A DNA stretch of 64,000 bases from Takakia lepidozioides (GCA_030704615.1 CM060734.1:40734001-40798000); one strand, 5' to 3'. Shown: positions 37,262-51,960, counted from the stretch's first letter. The notes: generated by a model not told the origin, from the letters alone. Made by a program: numbers and translations.

Positions 37262-38332
37262 AAGACCCCTTGAACCTAGATATGTAACCTAGATGCTCAC
37301 GGCTAGTCTCTGGCCGTGGTAGATACCAAGAACTGACACACACGAGATATACTAAAAGAGGAAAAACAAAGAATGTAGAGAAACATACTACTGTTTACTG
37401 GGCTAATACTAAAAGTCCGGCAAGAAGACCAATATACTCTCACACACACACACGGAGGCGCAACTTACAAGATAGCACATGAGCCCACAACCTATTGGAA
37501 GTACCAATAGAGCTATAGTACCTAGGGTACTAACATATCACAACTCTTACAAGCTGACTCCACACACTTGGCAATCAGAATATATTAAACAAGTAGTCAC
37601 TTACATGCTGTGTACCAAAGGCTTGGTACCAAAGCATACACTTACTTAGCCTCTTGCTAATCCCTAGCTCAGGCAAACCTCAGTGCTTCATACAAGACGC
37701 ACTACTCACTCTCATGAACAAGAAGAGAACAGTCCTGCAGGATTGTCTAAACCTTGAGTCTACTCTCCCGCCCAGGAGAGGCTGCCATGCAGATTACATG
37801 CTACGTGCACTAGCTAACCCTGCAGTAACCCCCCATCCCTCAGTGTACAGTTACGTGTTAAGTCTTCACAATGTGCTGACTTGGCCTACCACTAAATGCT
37901 GAAGTGGACATATCCAATAAATATCCCATAGACTCGGGTTGAAAACAACTGTCCGCCCATGAGTCAACTAAAAGTACCTACTGCACTTGCCGTTTGGCGC
38001 TGGCCCTGTGTTGTGGTGGGGTCTATATCCGATGCGCGAATCACACCTCGTAGCACCTCCACTTTGAAAGCGCCGCGTCAGACTATGTCCACTTAGAGTG
38101 TCGACGCTTCTCGCCGCCCACGAAGCCCTGGGCATCCGCTATGTAGATTTAGCACTTCCTCTCACTAGATTTCGACTCTTACTGTCTCCTTCACTCCCTG
38201 GCACATATAACCTCCTTCTTTGTTCTCTCACTTGAGTACCACTGAATCTACATCTTTAATTTGACCACCGATATTCTGTCACAACAGCTTATAGTCCGAC
38301 CACTTCTTGTGATCTCTTACTGATCCAGAGCA

Positions 38333-38660
38333 ATGAAGATGCAGCTCGAATAGATACCACTTTGGTAGTACTAGCTTTTCTTGATGTGGGGTTTTTGGAC
38401 ACTAGTTACAACAAGCTCTTTGCTACCACCTTGCAGAAGGGTGATGTTTTTGTGTTCCCACGAGTTCTTGTGCATTTCGAGCTCGTGGGCGACGGGCCAG
38501 CTTTGGCTATCGCAGGACTCAACAGCCATATATAATCCGGCAAGCCATCCCTGATGCTTTATTTTGTTCCGATATCGGCGACGCTGTGCTGGAGAAAGCA
38601 TTCAGCGTGGATCAGATGCCAGTGCAGTACTTGAAGTCTAAGTTTACTACAAAGGCGTAA
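38333..38660 (+). pseudogene. Germin-like protein pseudogene (internal deletion)
   Basis: Signal-peptide start and 3' half (LQKGDVFVFP..YLKSKFTTKA*) align to 46985-47650. About 330 bp, including the HTHPRATE box, is missing. Confidence 0.88.
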
Positions 38661-41600
38661 CTAGTGTTGCGATGGTGATCGACTGTGACAATGTACATGT
38701 ATCGTATGCTAGACAGTTCACTATCTCCATTCTTTGCCCGCACTTTGTGAATATGATGGGGGATTAGCTCATTGTTTCAAATGAAATTGGTTTATGGACC
38801 GTGTGGAGGGGTGCTGTCTCACATGTGCAATATCCAACTCACGAGCTCTGCAGCAAACTCATAACTAGTAAATACAGGCGGGCATCAGCATGCAACTTAT
38901 ATGGAAGTCGATCATTTAATATTAGGTCGCCTTACTTTAGAGCGTCTGTAGTGCAAATGTGGGTGGCAGAAGTTTTTTGGAATAGGTGGATTGTGCAAAT
39001 ATTTACATTGCAGTTTCCTGGAATTTTTGGTGACTGGTGCATCTGGTTGAGTTTTGATTATACGCGCTATAATCGTGGCATGGGCCAGATGACTTGTACG
39101 AGATATGTATTAATCTTGACGCCCTGACTTTTCCGGCATAGGAGCACACAGGATGCTTGAAGTCTCGCCGCCATTTCACCATTTGCTACAGACTCTCGGA
39201 CGTGGATGCCACTGTGCAGGTGTCATGAAAATTCCAGATAATTGGGGCGGGGTCTTTGTATATTGTCAGGAACTTGTGATACAGGTCTTCCAGTTCTAGC
39301 ACTCTAGATCTGTGGATCTAATGTGACCCTGACCCAGTTTTGGACTGATGAATTAAGAGGTGCACATATTCCTTCGCAAAACTTAGAGAATCTAGATGTT
39401 GTGAGCATCATCAGCCGCAGCATCTCCAAGATAGTATATCTCTCGCCTTTCCCTCCTTTTATCGTCACATGGAGAATATAGCCGTCATCCGCCGATCAAT
39501 ATATTACTAGCTGAGGCAGTCCATTTCTGATCATCAATGCATAAGCAACAGACTTCCACAGTGCCGGGCTACATGACAATGTTCCAATCTTCTTCCTGGA
39601 AGATCGGGTGTAAAATGGAGGGTTGTAACTTCAAAATAGAACTAGTTTAATCGATAAATGAATAAATTCAAAGATTCGAGCTTTTCTTTGACAATGTCCT
39701 CTAACTACTTTTTTTCCGGAATAAAGACAAACAGCATAAGATTAAGTACCAAGACATAGTAGCCCTTCATCCACTTCATTTTCGTGAATGGACAAAATCG
39801 CTAGGTAAACATGCCATATAGCCGTATGTAGCTGTCAAGTGATCATCGCGAATGGAAAACAAAGAGTTCTCTGTGACAACTACCCGAAAATATGCTAATG
39901 ATTGCTCGATAGATCTAATACCTCTAGCTAGCTGTGAGATATTTTGCAAGATTTGAGGGTATCTCACCTTGTTACTCATTGCAGTTAGACAAGTTCAAGC
40001 ATCTGATCATAGACAGCAAAGTGTGGAGACTAGTTGGAAGACTTTCATTGATCTCGCGCGAGCATTTGCTAAACTGAAAAATGCTTAAGTGCCTTTGAGG
40101 TATTACGATAGCACAAAATGTTTCCTTTATTTGTTTCCTTTAGAAAGAGGGTGAAGCCATCACTCACAATATAACTTACATACCCTTGCGCTGGTTGGAA
40201 TAGGACAGAATTTTCCTCATATTCCTGATATGCATATTTCTAGTTCTGTTCTTTCTATGCCGGTGTTAAAGACAGATGTCAAACAATTCAAAGACTTCAA
40301 GTTTGCATGTCAAACTATTCAAAGTGCTAAAATCCTTTCCGACCCAAATGTCAAATGGATTGTCTTATGAATATCCCGCTTTGCCACACACTATCCACCC
40401 CCTCCGCTGATCAGTCCGGGCTGGACATATGTAATTGAGGTTCTAATTTAGTGATCCCCACCCCTAGATTGACTATTCCACTCCGAATATGCCAACCCGA
40501 ACGCATTCTATTTTGGCACTCCAATTTCGGAAGTCTAAGTATGCCGACTTCCCATGGTCCCTTTCCATATGGCACATATCACAAATATAAAAATTGAAGT
40601 ACATTATAACATTCTATTTATCTTCATTACAAGCAGTAAAGTTCAATTGTTGCCCTTCAAGTTCGTAGTCGGCATACACTAATTATCCACTCCGGACATA
40701 CTCCATTTGGGCAATCTAACTTGGGAAGTATGTGCCGACATCCCAGGAATCCTTTCGGTACTCAGCAGATTTTGGCCAATCACACATGGCACTACTAAAG
40801 AAAAATCCATGTTTTTGGATTTGTGGTGTTAAAGTAAAGCGACATGCCTTCCTGGAGGTAAGTTGCTAGTATCCTGCCGCATTCCATTTGTTTAACATAA
40901 TTTGTGAAGTCTGTTCCCACTTGCCATTTTAGCCTTCATGTACTTACTACATTTACGAAATCCATGAAGGTCACTAGGTATTCCCGTCCGCAGTTATAGA
41001 AAAAATTCCTATTCCCATGGTATGCCTCACTCATTTCCAGTAGTTGAATACTGTACAAATTGGCACTGGCTTCAAAAATGTATCGAATAGCCGAACCTAA
41101 CTTCAATGTAAACCTCAATGTCTTGCGTCCGAACGTCCGAACCTAACTTCAATGTAACATGATGAGCCAAAATAGTGGCTTTTGTAAGTAGGGAAATCGT
41201 CAAAACACCACAGAAGATGTCGAAAAAGAGGGGCATATTCCAAAAATATACCCTGCTCGTGCTTATCTCTCCCCCCCCCCCCCTGCTCATTCCTAAATGG
41301 GCTCAGAAAATACACACCCACGATGGCGTTTGAGCGTTTTGCCACGAGTACCAACGTAATTTCTGTGTTCACCGTTACGAGCTGTTTTAGATCTGCGCGT
41401 AGTCTAAGAGTTGGAACACAAGATTATACCCACCGAACTGATGTGCATGTCCATTCAATTTCCCTGCCGGCCACGAATAAGAATTTCCGCATGGATCGAG
41501 TCCCGATAACGCTGTAGTTACACTCTTCTTGACACGTTGACAGCTTCATCGATAGATGTGTTTATACCACTCGCCATCTTCTCGCTTCTCACTGTGTGCA

Positions 41601-41805
41601 CATGTACATCTCTCTCAACCACGCAGATCACACTCAACTTTCTCTCCCAATCTCCTCTACAACAACTAGTTTTGCCTTCTAAAGTACTTCCGACATTTTG
41701 TAAAAGCGATAAGAGTCACCACAAACTGTCTCTGAAGCATACTGAGATTGGAGCTGCACACCTGCAGAAGCCACTTAGAGTAGTCCCGAGTTGTAATCTA
41801 GAACC

Positions 41806-42464
41806 ATGGGAAGAAGTAGGTTTTTACCTGCCAACTTGGTGCTACTAGTTGTGGTGCAGATAACTCTCGCACCTGTAATGGTGATGGCCTACGACTCCGA
41901 TGCTATCCAAGACTTTTGTGTGGCAGACCTGACCAGCACGGTCACCGTGAATGGCCTGGTGTGCAAAAACCCAAAAACAGTCACTGCGCAGGACTTCATC
42001 TTTCACGGCTTGGGAAATCTGGAAACACGTCTGGTCCCTCAGGGAGTGCGGTCACATCAGCAATCGCCACTACTTTTCCAGGCATCAACACACCGGGCAT
42101 CGCCTATGCGCGCCAAGACTTCGCACTTGGGGGCCTTGTGACACCACACACACATCCGCGGGCCACAGAGCTTCTGTTTGTGATGGAAGGCTCTCTCTAC
42201 GTGGGTTTTGTGAGCACTAATAACACGCTCTTTGCTGCTACGCTGCACAAGGGTGATGTGTTTGTGTTCCCAAGAGGCCTTGTGCACTTTTTGCTGAATG
42301 TGGGTAAGGGGCCAGCTTTGGCTCTCGCAGCACTCAACAGCCAGAATCCAGGCCGGGTGGCCGTACCGGTTACTATGTTTGGTTCCGGTATCCCCGATGC
42401 TGTGCTGGAGAAAGCGTTCAGTCTGAATGGGACGGCCATTGACTACATAAAATCCAAATTTTAG
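41806..42464 (+). pseudogene. Germin-like protein, single frameshift near 42015
   Basis: N-terminus (DSDAIQDFCVAD..CKNP) in ORF 41806, C-terminus (PHTHPRATE, GDVFVFPRGLVHF) in ORF 41916. One base missing relative to 50119; could be a sequencing error. Confidence 0.88.
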
Positions 42465-45400
42465 ACGTTGCCTGCATTTCTATATATGAACTCACAAGTG
42501 GAAATATACAGGTATCAACTAGTCAGCATGTAAGCCTACTGTCCAGAGAATTTCCTGCCTATGACTAGAGGGTATTCTGTTGGATTATGGACCGACTGGT
42601 ATCAATGGCCCGAATCCTAATATGTTCAATACTGTCTTGAATTTAAACAGCACATTAGGTAGCGCTGTACGTGGCTCGATCTGTATAATCCAATTTGAGG
42701 TAAGGTGATTCTTCAATTCTGTAACTGGATTCTGATCAATGCTTTCAAAACCTGGAGTTGATCGGCGGATAGATCCGAGTTGAAGTGCTGTCGGCCTTGG
42801 ACTTGTATCGTGTTTGTTTCGGACCTTGAAAGTTTCGTTGAATGGTTACCACCATAATCCCATTAACTAGACTAACTCGTTCACTGTGGGCATATCCCAA
42901 TCGCATTCCATGAGGCATTGCTTGATAATCTTCAACTTTGCCTGGGCTACACTGTTTGTTCGCATCGAATAAATTACTAATTAATATCTGACTATCATTG
43001 ATCAGAGTCGGATGTGATCGATCATGGACGCCATGCCAACGAACTCACACATTGTATAGAACCTGTTCTCCTCAGGTTCCATGTAAACCTGTCACAGGTT
43101 CAAACTGGAGGAATGTTATAGCGCCCTACTATGGAACCCAGCAGCAGTGAACTTTCCGGTCAGACCTTCGTAGACTTTGTGTTTTTTAATTGATATATTT
43201 TCTCCTTGTCAAAAGGTTCCAAGAGGCAGCTCCTCTGTTCCAGCATGTGGAATTCTCAAAACCCATGATGTCGAGGTGCATGGTAGATGGATGGTTGTCA
43301 TTCTTATTATAGAGATCTCATCAAACTAAATGACATTGGCTGAATCATGGCCTCATCATCGCACAAGTCCGGAGATCTGCACACACTGCACGCATTCCGA
43401 TGTACGGATGCTGGTTTGGACAAATGCCCCCACTAGAAAGCAGGCGTCTACGACTTGCTTGTGATATGAGGAAAACACTAGAAGGAAATGAAATGGTACT
43501 TTATAACGTCCGCGGAAAGCTCAAAGAGCTTATGGGACCAAATGGAAAAACCTAGAGAGAGGAAACAAAACCAGAGCCAAAAACAGCCCAAAAGGAAGAA
43601 AGGAAGAAAAGACATATATCCGGTTTATTATTCCCTGATACGGGCACCTCACCACATTGATCATACCGTACTCCACATTCCAGGACCGTCCAGGTGTCCT
43701 TCTGGATTCCTTGCCAGCCATCATGCCCAAAGAGAACCACGCCACTGCCACCGCAACCTAGCAAGATCTAGGCTAGGAGAACAATCCCGTTGGAGTGAGT
43801 GGTCACGCTTGAGCACTAAAGCAAAGCAGGAAATTGCAAAAAAAAAGTATCCTACCCAGTGAGAGGCGAGGGACAAAAATGGTGAGAGAGAGAGAACCAA
43901 AGGAGCAAGGTAGGCACGCTTGAACACTAATGTGGAGACTACAGCTAAGAGATTGAAATAAAATCGAGGAGCCAGGAAGGGGACCAAATTAAGATGCTAG
44001 AGAAAGTCAGGGAAGAACAAGTCAGAAAGGAAAAGCTCGAGCTGGAAGCCTACTGATCAAAAGTGACCAACGGAATGAGAAAATCGAAGTACACTAGCGG
44101 AACCTCTAAGAGAAAAAGGTGAAGAGGGGGTTGAACACAGCTGCGGGAGCAAGCTGTCAATGCTACACGCAAAACGAGGCAAACAGAAACGAGAGCAGAC
44201 AGGCAAGACAAGCCCTAGAAGCGAAATGCAGCCATAAGTGCCCATTCTGAAAAAATGAAGAGAGAGGAGATCGAGGAAAAAGCAGGATAATCATCTAAAA
44301 GCAGCGTAGAAGGACAATCAAAATCCAGTAAGAAAGAAGAGAATGCCAGCAGCTAAAGGGACGAGGCACAAGCTACGAGACAGACTACCCACAAATTCTA
44401 AGTCCCAACACTACACTACCGTGAAGTCACTACACTACACTACTGTGAAGTCACTACATTCCGACCGGCTTAGCCCAACTGCATATTGATAACCGGGAGA
44501 TTTTGTTTTGGGGACCCTTCTATTGATAACCTCTAACCGCCAAAATTTCCAAACCCCTACATTATATATAACCGCCTCCATTCCGCTTTAAGCAAAGATG
44601 CCTTACCGGACCCTTCAATATGCCCAAATTGTCATACCCGCCCAACAGCCCAACAGTGGTACGTACTGTGCAGGAATGCCAAACAATTTGCATTTCGAGG
44701 GGTTATGAGTAGTTGTCTTGACTCTTAGCCATCTTCTTCTTCAAGTTCAAGAAGTGGTTGAGCATGAAGATGGGCAGCTTTTGGCATCATGGCATATGTC
44801 AAGGTTGTCTTCTTACCATTCCAACTCGGTGAATGGGTTCAATTGCCTCAAACTCGTTTTGACTGTTGCTACTTTTCTCTCTCAACTACTACTGCACTGT
44901 CCATGTCATGTGTGTTTTAGGAATGCTTGCTTTCAATCCTTGTGCAGCATTTTTGAAAGATATTAAGGTATTATCTCAGTAGGCCGTCCGTCATCACCTG
45001 CAATGGTCGAAGCCGCTTGTGATGGAGAGCACATTTCCTGGACAAGAGCTGAGCGCACAAATATCCTCCCTCCCTCCCCCTACTTTGGTCAAACATGATT
45101 AACCGCTTCTGACATGCTTGAGAACAATGCACTTCAAGGGCATCTGCCAACTTAGCTGATTTACCATGAGGGTCAGTTCCTGGCATCCCATCCACTTTTC
45201 TAGGAAGCTGTGCGCAAGCTTCAGGCTCCTTTCTCTTTCTTGTTTCTTGCTTTCTCTGCCCATAAGCTCTTCGAGTTTTTCGCGAACGGTATAAAGTACC
45301 ATTTCATTTCGCTCTGCTCGGGTTGGATTTGGCTGGGCCGACGTCTTTTCTCCCTCTACCAATCCTCGGGGTATTGAATATTTAGGAGTAACTGGTAACC

Positions 45401-46356
45401 TTGAAATTTTGCTAGATCCGTGAACTCATGAATAGAACACTGGTTCACGAGTCTAGACACTAATGATGAAACTAATGATAACTTAAATTCTTCTTAACTT
45501 TTCCAATTTTTGATCCAATCCTCTTCCAATGTAAGTTCGAGAACAAATCAGTGAATCACAAACCACAACAGCTAGCAGCTGGTGCTCAGTGAGCAAGTCC
45601 TGGAATCAAGAGCTCATCTCGTACCAATGTCCAGACTCTATATAATTGTAATAGCAGGTTGAAGTCGTGAGAGAGAGAGAGATTGCTGAGGGCGAGCGAT
45701 CGGTAGTCTTCAGGACTTGAATACGAGAGAAAGAGGTTCTGAAGTAACTAGTGCTCACGAAGGAAGTGCTCTCCACTGCTTTTAATTAACTAACTTATAA
45801 CAAGGGTCCCAAATCCTGACAATACACGTGCGGTATTGCAAAAAACTCCGGGATTGTGTTGGAGAGCGGATTCTTATACATGTTCCCACCAAGTACCCTG
45901 AACCTTACAGACGTGCAGCAAGAAACTGTGAAAATACCATGAAGGTCAGTCGCCGCTCTATATTGAGACAGTGTGATTGTCAACATCTTTGTGAAGTTTC
46001 TAGGCTTAAATTCCTATTCTCGCAACACCAGTCCCTAGCCCTTAATGCCTGGGCTATGGAGCCCAGCAGAAGTGAACTCTCCTGTCAATATAGTGTCGCA
46101 GACTGTCTTTTTCATTGTATCTATATTTTCGCGTGTAACATATAATAGTTCATCAAACTCGATAACTTTGCTGGCTCAGAGCGCACGGGTCCATGATATG
46201 TTGTGATCTACACGTCTAAACACCGTGGACACATTCCGATTTGTGGATGCTGGTTTGTCCAGACAACTTGGATCGAGCAATGACATGCAAACCCCTCTTT
46301 TACTGCTGGTTCGAGCTGAGAGTGAAGCTACGACATCCAGACACTACGTAGATATA

Positions 46357-48438
46357 AGGGACACAATTGATGAACCCCCGAAGTGGTGGATCTTCCAATT
46401 TCTCTATACTCAAGGAGAGGTAAGACAGGTATCCTTGTCGATTCCTTGTGGAATATCCCGTAGATCCCCTGGGTTGAAGACAGCCATGAAGTACGACCAC
46501 CTCTTGATAACTGCACTTGCCGTTTGGCGTTGACCTTGTGTTGCGGTGGGGGTCTGTATCCGATGAAGGAAAGGCACCTCGTAGCAGCTCCACTATGACG
46601 CTCCGCGACAGACTGGGTCCACTTATCTACGTGTCTACGCGTCTCGTCGTTCAAGAAGCCCTGTGCATCCGTTAGGCGAACTGCTCATGTGCCCAGCACA
46701 AGACAAGACGAGGGCCGGCCGTGGCCGGCGTAACTAAGAGCCTCTTCGCCTTTGGGTGTGGGCCCTATTCCGTTATGTATATATACCACTCCACACCACC
46801 TTCCCTCTCACTGGATTTCTCTGTTTCGACTCTTATATCTCCCTCACTCTCGCCTCACTCCAGCACCATAACCAGCTCCTTCCTAAGATCTGGACTACTT
46901 GAATTTACATCTTGAGCACCGAATCTCTCTGTCACAACAGCTTATAGTCAGCCACTGCTTGTGATCGCTTACTGATCCAGAACGATGGGAACAAGCAGCT
47001 CGACGGGTACCACTTTGGTAGTACTAGCATTTCTGGCTCTCACAGCCGTCATGGTCACCGCATCCGACGGCGATCCACTCCAGGATTTCTGTGTGGCGGA
47101 CCTGACCAGCACCCTCACACTAAATGGTCTGGTATGCAAAAACCCAACAACTGTGACCGCAAACGACTTCGTCTTCCACGGCTTGGCCAAGCCCGGAAAC
47201 ACGGCTGTTTCATCAGGAAGCGCTGTGACGCCAGCATTCGCGACTGCGTTTCCAGGTCTCAACACTTTGGGCATCGCCATGGCGCGCCTAGACTTTGCAC
47301 AAGGAGGCCTTGTGACACCCCACACACACCCACGGGCAACAGAGATGCTATTTGTCGTGGAAGGATCTCTGTATGTGGGTTTTGTGGACACCAAGAACAA
47401 GCTCTTTGCTACCACCCTGCAGAAGGGTGATGTTTTTGTGTTCCCACGAGGTCTTGTGCACTTCGAGCTCAACGTGGGCAACGGGCCAGCTTTGGCTATC
47501 GCAGCACTCAACAGCCAGAATCCGGGGGTGCAACCCATCCCCGCTGCTTTGTTTGGTTCTGACATCAGCGACACTGTGCTGGAGAAAGCGTTCAGTGTGG
47601 ATCAGAAGGCAGTGCAGTATTTGAAGTCTAAGTTTACTACGAAGGCGTAACTAGTGTTGCGATAGCAATCCACTGTGTGACAGACAATGTACTTGTATCG
47701 TATGGTAGACAGTTCACTATCTCCATTCTTTGCCCCCCCATTGTCACTGTGAATATGATGGGGGATTAGGTCATTGTCTCAGGTCATTGTTTCAAATAAA
47801 AATGGATGCATATCTTTAAATTGGTGTATGGACCGTGTGGAGCTCATATCCCACCCTCAATGCAACAGTCTGCTGCAACATTGGATACTCCGTAACTAGT
47901 AAATGTAGGCATCTGCGGCCTTTCCATGCAACTTATTCTAAAGTCTATCATCTAATTCTAGCGCTGACCTCGTCTAGAATTATTTCTGAGCAGATTCTTC
48001 AAGATAAATGCGGTTAAATGCAAAGATTCCAACTTATTATATGCTTGACGTTGTCGGGAGCAGCAAGGGGCAGAGCCAAACCCACAGCGAACAAGTCAAA
48101 TACTCTTCTAATCGGCAGAGTAAAGAATATGTACAAGTCTTACCTAGATCCATTGGGGCTAGTCATTTAATTCCTCCCCAAATACGAAGCATTCGTAGAT
48201 TACACTAATTTTTTCCCAGTGATTTGAAGCCGCACTGACCTGTTAAGGTGACACATTGCTCTTCAATAAACACAATCCATTTGGTTGTCCAAAGGATCTT
48301 TCATACAAGAACCCAGCATTCTCAAGTGTTGGGATTTTCTATGGCCATAGCCTAAAGAGCAAGAGGAATTCATTAGGAATCGACAATCATGTGCCGCTGC
48401 ACTTGGAAGTGAGTTGTGAGAAACAAATTAGTGCGGAG
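46357..48438 (+). repeat. Left arm of ~2.1-kb inverted duplication containing a GLP
   Basis: Reverse complement of 51961-54018; identical 66-aa spurious ORFs at 48008 and 52207. Confidence 0.9.
46985..47650 (+). CDS. Germin-like protein (cupin), intronless
   Basis: Signal peptide; DPLQDFCVAD; CK; GLNTLG; PHTHPRATE; GDVFVFPRGLVHF; LNSQNPG. TATA-like tatata near 46780. Confidence 0.97.
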   Translation: MGTSSSTGTTLVVLAFLALTAVMVTASDGDPLQDFCVADLTSTLTLNGLVCKNPTTVTANDFVFHGLAKPGNTAVSSGSAVTPAFATAFPGLNTLGIAMARLDFAQGGLVTPHTHPRATEMLFVVEGSLYVGFVDTKNKLFATTLQKGDVFVFPRGLVHFELNVGNGPALAIAALNSQNPGVQPIPAALFGSDISDTVLEKAFSVDQKAVQYLKSKFTTKA

Positions 48439-48579
48439 TCTTGGCTGGTAATGTCGGGTGAACAGTGGTGTGCACACTTCTTGGTATTCTACCCCCGGAT
48501 TGTGGAATTGGGATCGCAACACAGCAGTAACTATTCTACGAGTTACGGCTACTGCCTACAGGTCGTTGCTGTACATGCT

Positions 48580-48913
48580 GGCATTCTATTCTAGAGTTTC
48601 TCGAAGGCAAGGCCAGCCATTCAGATTTCCACTGTGTTGAAGCCTGGAAACACGCTGACAAGTGCTGGTGTGACAGTGCTTCTCGAAGAACCAGAGTATT
48701 CCCGTTTTGGCCAAGTCATGGAACACGAAGTCTTTCACAGCTCGCATACTGTGATATTTGCGGGCCAAATAAGACAGAAGTCTGATGTGCAGTGGCCGGG
48801 CTATGAGAGAAGTCCTGCAGTGGATCGGAGGCGGCAACGCTCGACATAATTATAGGTGCAAGACTTATCTGTACTATCCAGACGACAGCTGGAAAAGTAT
48901 AAGTTCTTCCCAA
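48580..48913 (-). pseudogene. Degenerate germin-like protein 5' fragment
   Basis: MGRTYTFPAVVWIVQISLAPII..SDPLQDF, then KDFVFHDLAKTG in a shifted frame; truncated. Confidence 0.75.
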
Positions 48914-50118
48914 TTTATTGGAACTCCAAGCTCTTGTTAGCTGTCCTGGTCCCGCAGGAAGACTCGATGATGAGAGAGTAGAGATACAAACGAGTTTTGC
49001 AGGAGAAAGCTCATTCTGTACATGCAGGGAAACTGGCTGATCATGTCATAATTCACAACAGTACTTGAAATCATACCCCATATATACAGAATTCAGCGAG
49101 TCCTTAACATGTGTCCAATCCTTACTAACAGTTCTATGCAAGCTCTCTATTTACTAAGTCTGTACGTACAAGTAGTTGTAAAAGATAGTTCAGAGACACT
49201 TCGTCAACCACTTCCAGCTACGTGTCACTGGCACTTGAACTTGAGGTTGACTGGATACAGATCTGTCGATCTTCTCTCGTACAGAGTCCAGCCCAGTGAG
49301 AGGTTCACTAGATTTCTAGATACTAGACGAACGAAGTTGAACTGTGGGAGCCAAGCCGAGGGACGAGTGCACGATGAGTACGAGGGCCGGAAAGAGAGCC
49401 AGGTAGTGAGATGGGAAAAGGGTCCCCAGTGAGCTTGAAGGCATCGCACAGTGCGGGCTATATTGGGCTTCGTACTGGCGTGCAAATTGACTGATGTGCA
49501 GACCTGGTCTTGTGAAATCGCTACAGTGATCAATGTGTGCAGTTGCCTGCCGTCTTCGCATACGACAAAAGTTTTTAGTCAACCCATTTCAAGGTAAGTA
49601 CCAACGTAATCTCTGTTTAGGTCGCCGTGGTCACGGTTATAATTCATCTGATTGTGGGTTTGGGCTGTCGTGGATCTGCGCGTTACTATTCTAGGACTTG
49701 GAACAAAATTACCAACTCATTTGCTTGTCCATTCAATTTCTCGGCCGGCCATGAATAGGACAGTGCATATGAAAGGCACTTTTAAGCGACATATGCTAAA
49801 TTGATAGTTGCGGTGATGGGTCCCCATCACGCTGTAGATACAGTCTTCTTCCCGCGTTGACAGCTTCTTAGATAGATGTATATATACCACTCGACACTTC
49901 TCCCTTCCCATTCTCCCTTCTCACTGTGTGCACATGTACATCTCTCTCAACCACGCAGATCACACTCAACTTTTCTCTCCAATCTCCTCTACAACAACTA
50001 GTTTCGTCTTCTAAATTACTTTCGACATCTGGAAAAGCGAATCCTGACATATGAGATTGGAGCTGCACACCTGCAGAAGCCACCTACAGTAGTCCGGAGT
50101 TGTAAGATTTCTAGAACC

Positions 50119-50781
50119 ATGGGAAGAAACTTTAGGTTTTTACCTGCCACCTTGGTACTACTAGTTGTGGTGCAGATAACTCTCGCACCTGTAATGGTGA
50201 TGTCCTCCGACTCCGATCCTCTGCAAGACTTTTGTGTGGCAGACCTGGCCAGCACGCTCACCGTGAACGGTCTGGTGTGCAAAAACCCAACAACAGTCAC
50301 CGCGCACGACTTCGTCTTTCATGGCTTAGCGCAATCCGGAAACACGTCTGTTTCCTCAGGGAGTGCGGTCACGCCAGCATTCGCATCTGGTTTTCCAGGC
50401 CTCAACACACTGGGCATCGCCATGGCGCGCCTCGACTTCGCACATGGGGGCCTTGTGACACCCCACACACATCCGCGGGCCACAGAGATTCTGTTTGTGG
50501 TGGAAGGCTCTCTCTACGTGGGTTTTGTGAACACTAATGCCAAGCTCTTTGCTACTACGCTGCACAAGGGTGATGTGTTTGTGTTCCCAAGAGGCCTTGT
50601 GCACTTTGAGCTGAATGTGGGTAAGGGGCCAGCTTTGGCTATCGCAGCACTCAATAGCCAGAATCCAGGCGTGCAAGCCATACCCGCTGCTTTGTTTGGT
50701 TCCGGTATCAGCGACACTGTGCTGGAGAAAGCGTTCATGGTGAATGAGAAGGTCATCGACTACATAAAATCCAAATTTTAG
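50119..50781 (+). CDS. Germin-like protein (cupin), intronless
   Basis: All germin boxes intact; 220 aa. Flanks (~49600-51270) duplicate ~41345-42950. Confidence 0.97.
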   Translation: MGRNFRFLPATLVLLVVVQITLAPVMVMSSDSDPLQDFCVADLASTLTVNGLVCKNPTTVTAHDFVFHGLAQSGNTSVSSGSAVTPAFASGFPGLNTLGIAMARLDFAHGGLVTPHTHPRATEILFVVEGSLYVGFVNTNAKLFATTLHKGDVFVFPRGLVHFELNVGKGPALAIAALNSQNPGVQAIPAALFGSGISDTVLEKAFMVNEKVIDYIKSKF

Positions 50782-51960
50782 ACATGTTACCTGCATTTCT
50801 ATATATGAACTCACAAGTGGAACGATACATGTATCAAACTAGTCAGCATGTAAGCCAAGAATTTCCTGCCTGTGACCAGAGGGTATTCTGTTGGATTATG
50901 GACCAATTGGTAACAATGGCCGGAATCTTAATATAATAAGTACTGTCTTGAATTTAAACAGCACATTAGGTAGCGCTGTACGGGGCTCGATCTGTATAAT
51001 CGAATTTAAGGCAAGGTGATTCTACAATTCTGTAACTGATCAATGTTTTCAAAACCTGGAGTTGATCTCCGGATAGATCTTCCGACCTGAAAGGCTCGGC
51101 CTTGGACCTCTTTTCGCTTATATCGTGTTAAATGTTTCAGACCTTGAAAGTTTAGTTGAATGGTTACCACCATAATCCCATTAACTAGACTAACTAGTTC
51201 CATGTGGCCAGAACATCCCAGCTCGCATTCCATGAGGCATTGCTTGATAATCTTCAACTTTGCCTGGGTAATATGATTCTCTCCAGATCTCAGTTCAACC
51301 CAGTTCAAACTCGAGCCTGTTCAAAGCAATATTCACTTGATTTACAAATATTAACGTGGTACAGAGCTACACGATACGGGGTAGCTCTTCCGGTCCACCC
51401 TGCCATCATACCGTGCTCTCTATCTCTTCCTCATCTCAATTCAGGCTCATCCAACGCATAATGTGTGTGCAAGATCTTTTACGTCTGCTCTGGTTCCTAT
51501 TGTCTTGTGTACGCAACTAATAACATATCTCAGTGTGGAGCTAGCATACTAGGTGTGGGCCCATAACATGATTAAAAAATGATTAATACAATCAAAAGAT
51601 GTATATGACTGCAACTACAAAGAGCACAACTAATACTGCAGAACAAAGCTGCAATGTTCAAAACAATTTAGGAATGTTAGACTGGCAGTCGTAAAGCTAT
51701 GAAGACAAAATGGATCTAGTTACAAGCGTAAAGTTGGTGAGAAGAAGACACATTCACAAGGTGATTACTAAGTCTTAATAGGCGCGGTGCGATCACGTTG
51801 ATAATCAAAGAAGTCTATCTACCAATCTTGAAAAGAACATAACTTAGTCACTAGTCTAACAACCAGGTACATTAAGCTAAAGTATGGATTGTAGAATGTT
51901 TGATGATATATCGTGAACATATTTCTACACTTTCTAAAGTGAGTAACCCAAAGGCCAAGC

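Noticed and set aside
39100-45750. Short ORFs and purine-rich tracts between GLPs as genes or named TEs
   Set aside because: No recognisable domains or terminal structures could be supported by eye.
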